From positions 60,636,001-60,700,000 of the forward strand of contig OX597814.1 in NCBI GenBank assembly GCA_951406725.2: a stretch of DNA of 64,000 nucleotides, given 5' to 3'. A model generated the notes under the pieces. The model was not told where the DNA came from and did not search any database. It saw only the letters and a list, made by a program, of their open reading frames with translations. How positions within the stretch are numbered: the stretch's first letter is position 1; the number at the start of each line of letters is the position of its first letter. Made by a program: the position numbers and the translations under genes. The DNA is from Octopus vulgaris (lineage: Eukaryota). Below are positions 53,501 to 64,000 of the stretch, in pieces.

Positions 53501-55161
53501 GGTTAAACAGAAGATGAATTTTCATTGTGCTTGTACATACATATGGGTGTAAAGCTCTATGAGTACCAGTGTGGGTAATCGATGGTGACCAAAATAATTT
53601 TACTTTCTGTCTGGTATAATTAACTCTTTTGCCTGTCCTATGTATCACATGACACACACACAACATATTTCCCTGGCATCCATGCATCATAATATGATAC
53701 ACATTCCCAAATTTTCTTCAACTACTAGAGTGACTTGTGACTTGGCATTTATGAAACAAGGGCTAACTAAAAATTTGAAAACAAGCATGGATGTCTATGA
53801 CAAATGAAAATGCTTTAGAGAGGCAAGGGGCTAAAATAGTTAGCCTATTTGATTAAGTTTGTCTACCATAAGAAGGTAGAACTTCTAACATCTCAAGCAG
53901 AGGTCACTTTATTCTTTTACTCTTTTATCCTTTTATATGTTTCAGCCCAAAGACTGTGGTCATGCTGAAGCACCACTAGTATTGACTCCATGAAGCCCGC
54001 AATGAGAACTGAATTCACAAACCTTAGCTTACAAGACCAGTGATCTAACCTTTGAGGTATGGAGCTATAATAAAAATAATTATTCATAGTTTTCTGAGTT
54101 ATATATATGCCTAGCAAGTGACTTAATCTGAGATCATGTGGTGAAACTGAAATAATTACATTGAAGTAAAGGCACAATACATGTTTAAAAGACACATATA
54201 CTCTTACATTGTTTTTTTTTATTCCATTTCTTGGTCATTTTACAACTACAACTTGGTCTTGGTCATTAATACAATAGCATCACATATAGTGTTAATATAA
54301 CAATTCAGGTTGATTCAGAAATCTATAGCAGTTACAATTTCTATTTTGCCACAGTTTTGTTTTAATAATCTATTTATACTTTTAATACTGTCTTTACCAT
54401 TATGTTAGTGAATATCTCTTCTGAACAGTTGACAGTAAGAATGGAAGAGTAGTAGACCAGCTATCTAAGAATACTTGAACCATAGCAATGAATAGAGGTG
54501 ACCGAGGCCAGAGGGTTTAATGATTGCAGTAAGGTTATTGTAAAAAAGTAGATGTCAGGGAGAGATAGAGAGACCAATGTTGTCAGGTGACTTATATTAT
54601 TATACACCCTGATGTTTTAACATATGTTTTTCCATGCTTGCATGGGTCAGACAGAATTCTTGGAGGCAAATATTCAACATCCAGATACCCATTGTCTCCA
54701 ATCATTGCTTGATTCCAAACAAAATAATATATCCCTAGGACCAGACATGTTTTCGCAGGAGATAGGGAAAAACTCAACAAAAAATATTGCTTGCTTGACC
54801 ACAATGCTTGTTTATAATATCCATAATGTTAAGACAAGGAGACACAAACACCTATACACATATATATACACATGCTAGTCTTCTCATTAATTGTAATCAA
54901 CTTAGACAATTATACACAATTAGTTCAGTATTTATACTCTATACTGTTGACTAAAGTACTAGAAACAACAGTCAAATGTCCCTCAAATTGCACTTACCTG
55001 TCTTAAATAAAGACAGAAAGGATGTTTTAGATAATGTAGTCTTAGATACATTTAAAAAGATGTCACAGACACAACTAGACTGCCTTTGACCATAGTTCTG
55101 CTCAATAACAGCTAACCTGTCACTAAACAACAACAACAATAAACAACAACAAGCAACCTAC

Positions 55162-55455
55162 CGATTTATTTTGCATTTTTTCTAAAATTGCTTTCTTCTG
55201 TGCTTCATTGCGTTGCTTCTCTTCAAACTTTTGTTTCATTTCTCTCTGTTTCTCATTGACAAACATACGTGTGTGGACAGTTTCTGTTTCATCACCACCC
55301 TGCCCCTCCATCTCTTCTTTCTGTTCCTTTTCTTTCAGTTGAGATGAAGGGCTATTCAAATGACTACTGCTGCTGTCATCAACATCTGTCTGCAAACCAC
55401 TAGCATTGCTGTTTGATACAGCTGAGGCATCCATATTACTTACTTCTCTTGGATC
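55162..55455 (-). CDS. UBX-domain protein, first coding exon found in window (DPREVSNMDASAV...EKQREMKQKFEEKQRNEAQKKAILEKMQNKS); charged/coiled-coil region
   Basis: Acceptor ttgttttgtag|GATCCA, donor TCG|gtaggt; 294 nt = 98 codons, phase 0/0, open throughout; joins in frame to the 52931 exon. Exon is open upstream of the Met at 55434, so it is probably an internal exon. Confidence 0.85.
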
Positions 55456-57123
55456 CTACAAAACAATTGAAAATTTCTTGAATGTTAATGAGTTTAAAAA
55501 AATCTTTTTTTATTTTTCTTAATACAACCCACTTCAGCCCAACCCTAATTCTATGATACAAATTTCCTATTTTAATTCTTTAGCATTTAGACAGCCATAT
55601 CCAGCCAAAATATTCTACCAGTTCAATCCAGCCAGATCTGGTCTCTCTCACCTACCCTACAATGTCATTCTAAAAATAAATGATCATAAGATCGAAATCT
55701 CAAAGCCACAAGATAATGTGAGATTAATTCAATATAATGTGAGTAAATAAGCATTCCGTTTGACAGAATAATGTAAATGTTAACGGGTTAAAGTGATCTA
55801 AATGAAAACCTTTCTTCCAAATTTCATGTTACTTTATGTTCCAAACACCACCTTACCAATCACAAAGTTATTTTACTAAATCCCATCCTTCAATCTTCTC
55901 TGCCCACTATTCTTGTGAGGGTCATGAAGGCACCTCTTTCACAGAGTCCCATCAGAAGCAAGACATTACACTTTCCAGCTAGATTCCTATACGTGAGACA
56001 CTGAGACTAAAGAGATGGGGTAAGAAGTTTGCTTTCCAACCACATTGTCTGGGTTCAGTCCCACCATGTGGCATCTCAGGTAAGCGTCTTTTACTATATC
56101 CCCAGGCTGATCAAGGCATGGTGGGTAGACTTCATAGACAGAAACTGAAAGAAGCCCATCATGTGTGTGTGTGTGTGTGTGTGTTTGCATGCATGAGTGT
56201 GTGTCTCTCTGTTTGAGTTTGCCTCCCATCCCTGCCTGACAATCAGTGTTGGTTTGTTTATATCCTTATAATTTAGCAGTTCAGCAAAAAGAATCTGACA
56301 GAATAAATACCAAGCTTCAGAACAAAAGCAAGTAAGTCCTACGGTCAATTTAATTGAAACATGTAAAAGATAGAAGGTATAACTTTCCCAGAGTTAATAA
56401 GAGAGTCTCCAGGTATTTGCTCAACCTTGTAGAAGTAGAGACCAAATTTACTCTAAATTAGACTGCACCATCTTTGAAAGAAAAAAAAAAGCAAAGATAC
56501 ATTAGATAACATAGCTTGAGATATGCTGTGTACTGAGTCTGAAAATAAAATAAGAAGACTGTGACTCTGACACATCTGATCTTAGGTCTACTTCAGATTT
56601 ATTTCTTGCACCTATTCATTTGGTTGACTGTCTACATGCCATATCTCTGCATTATCAGACTGACTGAGATTACACAACAGCAACAAGATCAATTACTAAT
56701 ATTTTAGTTCCACCAATAACTACACCACCCATCCATAAATTTATATTATTGAAGTTTGAAGCATGTAAACCATTTTAGCAACAGTAGCTGATGAACTAGA
56801 CATGAGGTTTGTGATATGATCGAAGGATTTTCATACAAGTCTTATTATTGCATTTTGTGTCAATAAATGTATATAAAATGTTTCTTAAGCACCCAAGGGG
56901 TTTTAAGGGGACTTTTAGCATTTATATCCTAGTTTTATGTATGTTAATCTCAAATTGTCTAGGATCCATTCCACTGCTAGTAAAACTGCCAGTAGAGTTT
57001 GCTGCAGGCAGCTGGCCAATGGACAGCGTTAATGTACTACAGAGCATATCTTTTTCTGCCTGTGAAGAGATTTTATCACCTTAAAAAAAATGGAAGCACA
57101 TATTAGAGAATGTAGACCTAGAG

Positions 57124-57363
57124 CAGGGCCAGCGTTAGGAAGTGTGAGGCCCAATTAGAGAATTGTCACCAAGGGCCTCTACTCGGCAAAAGCCGGGGAT
57201 TGATGTATGCCAGTCCCAAACAAAAAGGAGTGAGGGCTTGAGGTACCACCATTAGCTACAATTATATACTAAAAATTCATCAGTGTCCTCTGCTTAAGTG
57301 TGCACATAGGGCCCTCTCTTGATGTGGGGCCCAATCTGTCTAATCGGCTTAAAACCAGTTCTG
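57124..57363. mobile_element. hAT-type MITE (degenerate)
   Basis: CAGGGCCAG...CCAGTTCTG ends; CCTAGAG direct repeat on both sides. Confidence 0.65.
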
Positions 57364-59211
57364 CCTAGAGGCATTATATCTAGGAAGGGAGGGGGAGGTA
57401 GGGAGGGGGACAGGGAAGGAACGAACGAAGGAAGGGCAGGGTCATCTTAATTGGCACCCCTTTGATACAGGGTCTAATAAATCAGAACTGATTCAGAAGT
57501 AAACAACAATTGCAGCAATAGCTAGTCTTTACTGGAACTGAATTCTGTAGTTTGTGTCTTCCTTAAATTTTTATATTTCTAGTTTGATAAAGGTTTTCAC
57601 ACAAATTGTAATTCTTGAAATTAATTTCTCTTCCAAAGGTGACAGCCTGGATAGAATTGTAGGATCATTGGAGGAAATGACTTGCAGTATTTATTGGCGG
57701 CACCTTGTGTTCTGAGTTCAATTTCTGCAGAGGTAAACCTTGCTTTTCATTCTTCTGGGATTCGATCAACCACAGAACAAAAAGCACTGTTCAAAAGCAG
57801 TGAACAAATAGAAATGGTAAGGTCATGGATGAGATATTTTGTGGTGTTTTTTTCAGTGCCTTGCATTCTGAGTTCAAATTCCATCAAGGACTGCTTGGTT
57901 AACAGAGTTAGACCATCAACCAGTGTAACGCCACTACCTGGCACTTTGGATGTCTTTCAGAAGAGTCCATTCTGTTGCAAGAGTTTGAGCCAGGTCTAGC
58001 TGAGGATGCCTTCCTCTCTCCCTCCTTCCCTTCCTCCCACTAGTAAATGGCTGTGAGTACTTATTTATCAAACCCTCACAGGGATTTCGAAAAAAAAAAA
58101 ATAATAGCCCGTAGTTTGAATTTCTATAAATTGGCCAACAGTTGGAATTCAACTCGAGACTACGACAATAAAATGATTGCACTACAGAATTAATTCTCAG
58201 CCATCCTTAATCTCTGATCAAACACCACCAGGGTGTATAGTCATTACGAAGATATCATAGTCATGCTATTTAGATCCCTTTAGCTTTGGGCCATGGGCCC
58301 AATTAGCGTTCTGCAGGAGCTAGCTCAAGAGTTTGCACAGAGTGTGGCTTTTAAGCTAGTACATAATAAAAACTTCAATACAGAATATCAACATACCAGA
58401 TAAAGTCTGCAAGTATTGGCAGTTTGAGGTGCTTTAACATTAGGCTGAGAGTTTCTTGAAAGAAGCCTAAAAGAAGAGAAAAATTTAAAAGAAAGAAATA
58501 ATTTTCAGGAAAATAAAAAACAACTCAACAACAAGTTTAAAAACAGACTTCCAGACAAAAGATACTTTACAAAGATATCAATTCTTAATGGTATACACAA
58601 GGTGTATCTGACAAGACAAGAAGCAGAATATTATTGTGCTGTTTTTAAACTGACAATAAAAAATATGTAGTAAATTTGAATGGCTGTTATCTTCTTGATA
58701 TCGTGGCATTTTTACAAGTACAATGATGGGAAAGCACATATAATTCTTCCCTTTGAATTAAGTAGGTAGTTTGTACAACAAGATATATCATGCAGTTATT
58801 GAAGAATTCGATAAAAACTGTACATAAAGTTCACTTTATGAGAAATATTTCTATCTGTATGAGAATATCAGAAAAACAAAAAGATGATCTGCTTACTTAG
58901 TGAGAAACTAAATCATTATCTTTCTATGTAGATGCACACATACACATGCATGCACACACACAATAACAACAACTTATTTTTATACTTGAGTATTTGTAAT
59001 AAAGTATGTGTTTGTATATATCTATATGATTTTGCACACAAAAACAAGTATATATTTATACATTTCATATACACACACACACACTCTCTCTCTCACACAC
59101 GCATATATATATATATATATTATACACATATGTAATGTATATGTTATAAATATATTATGCATATATATATTCACATATATATTTGCACATATATATACAT
59201 ATAAATACATG

Positions 59212-59247
<36 letters not shown>

Positions 59248-60004
59248 GATATAGATATATAGATATATCTATCTATATATATATATACACATACACAGAC
59301 ACACATGCATGCAAACTCACACACATCCATTTATAAATATAACTCAGAAAGATATCAATCGATTTTTATTGGACTTCTGTACATATGATAAATGGAATCA
59401 AACATCCAATATCTGCTTTGTCTGTTTGACATTTCATAATCAGTTGATGCTTGTTGATGAATACTGTAAACTTCAGGAATGCAAAAAAAAAATGGAAGTT
59501 GTGACACTCATGCCCTCTCTGAGAGCATTAGCGACATAAGGGATATAATATTGCTCTTGCAGGAAAATCAAAGCAATATCTCAGACTCACTGACTATTTA
59601 CTGACATACCTACTCCCCTACGAGCACAGATATACAAATTTAGATACATACAAACACACATAAAAAAATTAATATATAACCATTGAAATCACTTTGCCAT
59701 TCTTACATACTGAAGAAGATGGAAGGGCAGACAAGACAGCCAGCTCTGAAAACAATAGAATTAACAGACAAAATGGCCAGAGCACTTCTTTTCTATACTG
59801 TATTCAATCTAGAGCAATGGTTTTCAACCTCTTTTAGATGTTGCACTCGTGTAGATTGTGACCATGCTGGGAGCACCAAAACTTGAAGGGTTTAGATGAA
59901 GAAATCAACCCCAGGAATAGTTTTTTTTTTTTAAGTCGGGTACTTCTGGTACTTATTCTATCAGTTTCTTTTGATGAGCCACTAGGTTTTAGGGATATAA
60001 ACAA

Positions 60005-60405
60005 AGGCGCAGGAGTGGCTGTGTGGTAAGTAGCTTGCTAACCAACCACATGGTTCCGGGTTCAGTCCCACTGCATGGCACCTTGGGCAAGTGTCTTCTA
60101 CTATAGCCTCGGGCCGACCAAAGCCTTGTGAGCGGATTTGGTAGACGGAAACTGAAAGAAGCCCGTCGTATATATGTATGTATATATGTATGTGTGTGTG
60201 TTTGTGTCTGAGTTTGTCCCCCTAGCATTGCTTGACAACCGATGCTGGTGTGTTTATGTCCCCGTCACTTAGTGGTTCGGCAAAAAGAGACCGATAGAAT
60301 GAGTACTGGGCTTACAAAGAATAAGTCCCGGGGTTGAGTTGCTCGATTAAAAGGCGGTGCTCCAGCATGGCCGCAGTCAAATGACTGAAAAGAGTAAAAG
60401 AGTAA
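60005..60405 (+). mobile_element. tRNA-derived SINE family A (best copy); others at about 11268, 12331, 17055, 18625, 32708, 40325, 46890, 50875, 56015 (+) and 3150, 27630, 32325, 34915, 52175 (-)
   Basis: A-box gtggctgtgtggt and B-box ggttcagtccc head; conserved gggcaagtgtcttctactatagcc..gatttggtagacggaaactgaaagaagcc body; internal (TG)n; gtaaaaga tail. Confidence 0.85.
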
Positions 60406-61713
60406 ACTAAAACTAATTGCCAAGGGGAGTGGGAGATCAAACACAAGGACACACAGACATACACACTCACAGAGGTGTGTGTGTGAGTGTTTTGCAAGAT
60501 ACCACAGAAAGACAAAATGGAATAGGCAGGACAAGAGAGATACATGGAACAGAAAGTCAGTGAAGAGGTCAAAGAATGTGTGATGAAAGAGCTTTGACAG
60601 ACAAATAAAATAAAAACAATAAAAATAAACCTAAAATGAAAATCAAATAAATAGTGCATGTGTTTAATTGGCAAAAGATGACCATCCCCAAGTATAGCAA
60701 TACACGCACACACAAAATGGTTACAAGCCTAATGTGTTGTACGGTAGGACTGAACCTGAAACCACACGTTGCAAAGTGAGCTTCTTAACCACAGAACCAT
60801 GCTGGCATCCACCCATGACTTCACCTACAGCTTTGCTTGAGCTGCCCTTGCATGTTGTCTAAGACAGCTGTACATGTGGCAGTGGTACAGATGTGTGCAA
60901 TACTCCATTATGGATTCACCTGAGCTTTGTAAAGTGTTGACCCTTTACTATTCAGATTATTCTGTCAAATGTAATGCTTATTTATTCACATTGTTTTGAA
61001 TTAATCCAGCATAATCTCATTCCTTTGAGATTTCAAGGATGTGATTATTTACTTTTGGAATGACATGGTAGTGCAGGTGTAAGAAGTCAGATCTAGCTAT
61101 TTTGAACATAAAATACATAGAGTAGTTGGGTCTGATAAGGCCAGTTTAAATGCTAAAGAGTTAAATACTGGGGGTGGTATGGACCTGAAGAATTTTCTTA
61201 AAGATAGAAAGTGTTATTTAAAAATTATATAGAAATGGTATGATCTTGCTACAAAAAAGTAAATCATTTTACAATGATTCTCCAGATTTAACCAAAATTC
61301 TTTGAAATCAACAAATACAATACAAAAATAATTCAATATTCTAATATGAAAATTCACATGTGTGTTTTTTTAAAAACAGAAGTGACAAAGAAGTGAATAT
61401 TCTTGAAGATAGAGGCAGGAAGTAAACATCAATTTGATTAAAAAAAGATGATTGCTATCTTGAAGCATTATGAAAAGACAAAAAAAAAATTGCACATTTC
61501 AAAAAATATATGTGAATTAGAATTATTAATATTTTAGATTTACTTTAGACTAAACCGGAAGATACTGTAATTTTGGCTACATAGAAATACAGATGTATTT
61601 TAATTGCTGCTTTTTCCATTATAATTAGATATAAATTGGGCAAGTCTCTTTTAATATATCCCTAGGCCAACCAAAACCTTCCAAGTAGATTTGGTAGATG
61701 GAAAATGATGAAG

Positions 61714-61754
<41 letters not shown>

Positions 61755-61958
61755 AAATAGAAAGATGAATAATCTTGTAGTAGATTAATCAAAAGTTTAA
61801 CCGATACCTTAGTAGCAAAAATCACAGCAGTAAAACAGCACGGTTGGAGGTACAACCATATGGTGTTGCAACCGTGCGTTGGTGCGGATAATTGAAATTA
61901 GAACATTATTGGTGAATTGAAGAAATGGAGCTGAACGCAGATTGAACAGAAATCGTTT

Positions 61959-62052
61959 TATTTCATTCTACACGTGTTTCGAAAGGCACAAATTACCAAA
62001 ATCCGATGGAATAATGGGACCATATTGTGTCTTTCTCTTCAGGAAGAAAATA
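61959..62052 (-). ncRNA. Type I hammerhead ribozyme in Penelope pseudo-LTR
   Basis: Minus strand: stem I TATTTTCTTC/GAATGAAATA; core CTGAAGA (62042-62036); stem II GAAAGACACAA/TTGTGCCTTTC; GAAAC-ACGT-GTA cleavage triplet (61971-61969). Confidence 0.82.
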
Positions 62053-62642
62053 GGAAATCCGTTGGAAAAACAAAAACAGAACAGAGGCGGCGCAAAAACA
62101 AATCGAACTATGCTCCTAAGAGCCCATGGCGAAACTTGTTTATCAGTGTATGTTGAGAACCGGTGGCTGAAGAATTCAACGGGTCAGGCATCGGTCAATC
62201 ATGTGGGTGAGGGGGCGTAGATGTTCTTTGTGACCGAGAATAAAGTTCTGACTATTTAAGGAATATTGGATGTTTTATAAGGGGCGAGAAAAAATCTACT
62301 TAGAGACGTGTGTGTGTGTATACTGTTCTATATACGTGTGTGTTGGCGTAGGGGTAGAAAACATTTTTTGTGTACGTGTGTGCGTTTGATCGTTCGGCTG
62401 TCAGTGGCTACTGCCGTGATGACCGTTGGGTGGCAGAAAAAAAATATACATCATGTTTTATGTGTGTGTGTGTGTGTTCTCATCTAAACCTGCCTTGTCA
62501 AGGAAACCCCCCGCTGTGAAAAAACCAAGCCCCGTTTGTCTTACAGGAGTAATTCCCCTTGCAGTGGTTAATCGTAGATATCTTAAAGGCTATTTCAGAA
62601 TTTGTTACCAAGGGTTATGGGTGCCGGTATTATTTATAAACG

Positions 62643-63998
62643 CTATTTAAAAGCCAGATAAGTGTAACGCCGCCAATGGGGGCATCGAAAAGCCGACTGT
62701 AAAAGCCCGTTTACCATCCGGCCTCTGGCAAACAAAATATGGAAGAGTTCGGAGACACAAAGGTTGCACTGCCTTCTGCCCCTATCAAATGGGAGGGCCA
62801 CCGACAAAATTGACCATTCCAGCCTGTAGCTTAAGTTCGTATCCTTCAGTCGCCATATTAGCTTACTGAGTCCCGTGGTCTGGCGCTTGTTCATGTCCCG
62901 AAAAGTTGCGTAATGGTTGGAGACACGCAAAGACAATCTTGAGGATGAGGCCCCTACATAAGTGAAGACATCTGAGTCCGTGTAAACCTTGCATTGGTAG
63001 ACGGCGTTTTTGATCTTGGAGTTTGCCGACGTGAATCTAATTCTGCTAGGATTAGTTTCTGAAATTAGAACTGCGTTCCTGTCACTATATTCGTTCCGAG
63101 ACCTGCAGCCGCTTACTACTCTATTTTCCACTACGTCACTATTAACTATAGGTATAACCCCTGATTCTCCACTATCTATCAAAGTGCTGTCATTGCTACT
63201 GCCCGTGGTGCTGCTATTGCGGGAAATGATGCTGGGGATGCTATTGGGGCTCTCTACCCTACTCCCATTGTTACCGTCAACCACAACACCCCTATTTATA
63301 ACTATACCCCTAGTGGGTACTCCCTGGCTGGAGCTGAGATTATGTGTCACTGTACTGGCTCTCATATCATTATTACTACTATAATTATTCCTACTGAGCA
63401 TTAAACCGGGAGCGGAAGAGGCTGTGCCTCCGGAAAAAGGTGATAGGGTCTTAGTAAGTAGCCTATTATTATGGGAGGCGATTATCTGGGCGAGGTTTTT
63501 AGTGTTGGAGAAAGCTATCCTAACTTTATGCGAGTTAACCGTGGAGTAATATTTGGAATTTCTGGGGAAGTTATTGGCGATGGCTTGTCTAAACATGAGG
63601 GGGAGGTTAGTTCTAATCTGCTTACCAAAGGGGATTACAAACCATATATGCTTATTCCTATCAGTGTGATGGATCGGGACGCCAGCTCTCGCATTCGGGT
63701 GGGTGATTCTCGGATGAATGACGGGTCTTGGGTTAGTGTAAGACCTCCCGGACCGATAATTATCCTTGTTCGCTAAATTAAATGCGGGAGCGACTACCCC
63801 GGCATCCACCGCGCTCCCGTCCTTACTTAAAATGTTAATGTTATTATATACGGCCCTATCCTGATGACCGAATGATGGCATCGGAAGGGCCGGATCAATA
63901 TAAATTACCTTCTGCCTATAACCGGCCTTGGATAGTGCGGCGTTATAAAATTCCACTTTCTGCATAAAAATATCGGCACTGGCGGACAAGCCAGACAA
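62643..63998 (-). CDS. Penelope-like element ORF (partial): RT thumb/linker + GIY-YIG endonuclease
   Basis: YNAALSKAGY and KHIWFVIPF...IRIAFS-type linker motifs; NAVYQCKV...TYVG...LRVSNH...LSKLIWRLK...WSIL...CNLCVSE...CPH is a typical PLE GIY-YIG C-terminus. Confidence 0.88.
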   Translation of the reverse strand: MSGLSASADIFMQKVEFYNAALSKAGYRQKVIYIDPALPMPSFGHQDRAVYNNINILSKDGSAVDAGVVAPAFNLANKDNYRSGRSYTNPRPVIHPRITHPNARAGVPIHHTDRNKHIWFVIPFGKQIRTNLPLMFRQAIANNFPRNSKYYSTVNSHKVRIAFSNTKNLAQIIASHNNRLLTKTLSPFSGGTASSAPGLMLSRNNYSSNNDMRASTVTHNLSSSQGVPTRGIVINRGVVVDGNNGSRVESPNSIPSIISRNSSTTGSSNDSTLIDSGESGVIPIVNSDVVENRVVSGCRSRNEYSDRNAVLISETNPSRIRFTSANSKIKNAVYQCKVYTDSDVFTYVGASSSRLSLRVSNHYATFRDMNKRQTTGLSKLIWRLKDTNLSYRLEWSILSVALPFDRGRRQCNLCVSELFHILFARGRMVNGLLQSAFRCPHWRRYTYLAFK

Positions 63999-64000
63999 TC

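Larger units (their letters stand above)
61752..64000 (-). mobile_element. Penelope-like retroelement, 3' part: ORF end plus pseudo-LTR terminating in (TA)n
   Basis: GC-richer block with an uninterrupted ORF to the window edge, a C-terminal GIY-YIG domain and a hammerhead motif in the downstream non-coding region; ends at the TA run near 61750. Confidence 0.88.

Noticed and set aside
55432-55434. ATG as the gene start
   Set aside because: The frame is open back to a good acceptor at 55455, so upstream coding exons are likely; not fully excluded.
56950-56985. AVEWILDN, resembling the last UBA helix
   Set aside because: That frame has a stop shortly upstream, no MGF motif and no donor; likely coincidence.
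59340-59465. Possible minus-strand exon
   Set aside because: Acceptor-like site, but all frames stop soon, with no donor or motif.
60005-60080. tRNA genes
   Set aside because: A/B boxes are SINE heads continuing into a shared SINE body; no full cloverleaf seen.
63010-63776. Plus-strand ORFs
   Set aside because: Antisense shadows of the PLE ORF with no recognisable motifs.

Overview
AT-rich, repeat-dense eukaryotic DNA. The SINE, MITE and microsatellite content suggests an Octopus genome (inference). One intron-rich gene crosses the window on the minus strand. Five in-frame GT-AG coding exons (55455-55162, 52931-52755, 40007-39888, 19879-19762, 2818-2609) splice into a coiled-coil + UBX (R...FPR) + acidic tract + SHP-box protein, a likely p97/VCP cofactor; both gene ends are missing. 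The introns hold tRNA-derived SINEs, RTE and R4/Dong LINE pieces, mariner/hAT/piggyBac-type MITEs, Helitrons and an internally deleted Gypsy element. A young Penelope-like element (GIY-YIG ORF) lies at the right edge. The main signal is a set of hammerhead-ribozyme motifs: one in the Penelope pseudo-LTR (61959-62052), two in homologous non-coding copies embedded in (TA)n (6978-7077, 42442-42540), and several degenerate relics, most with palindromic stem-III loops. Also notable are a near-perfect 715-bp inverted duplication inside the Gypsy relic, recurrent TA-anchored fold-backs, and a possible 12-nt microexon. All calls were made by eye; repeat boundaries are approximate.
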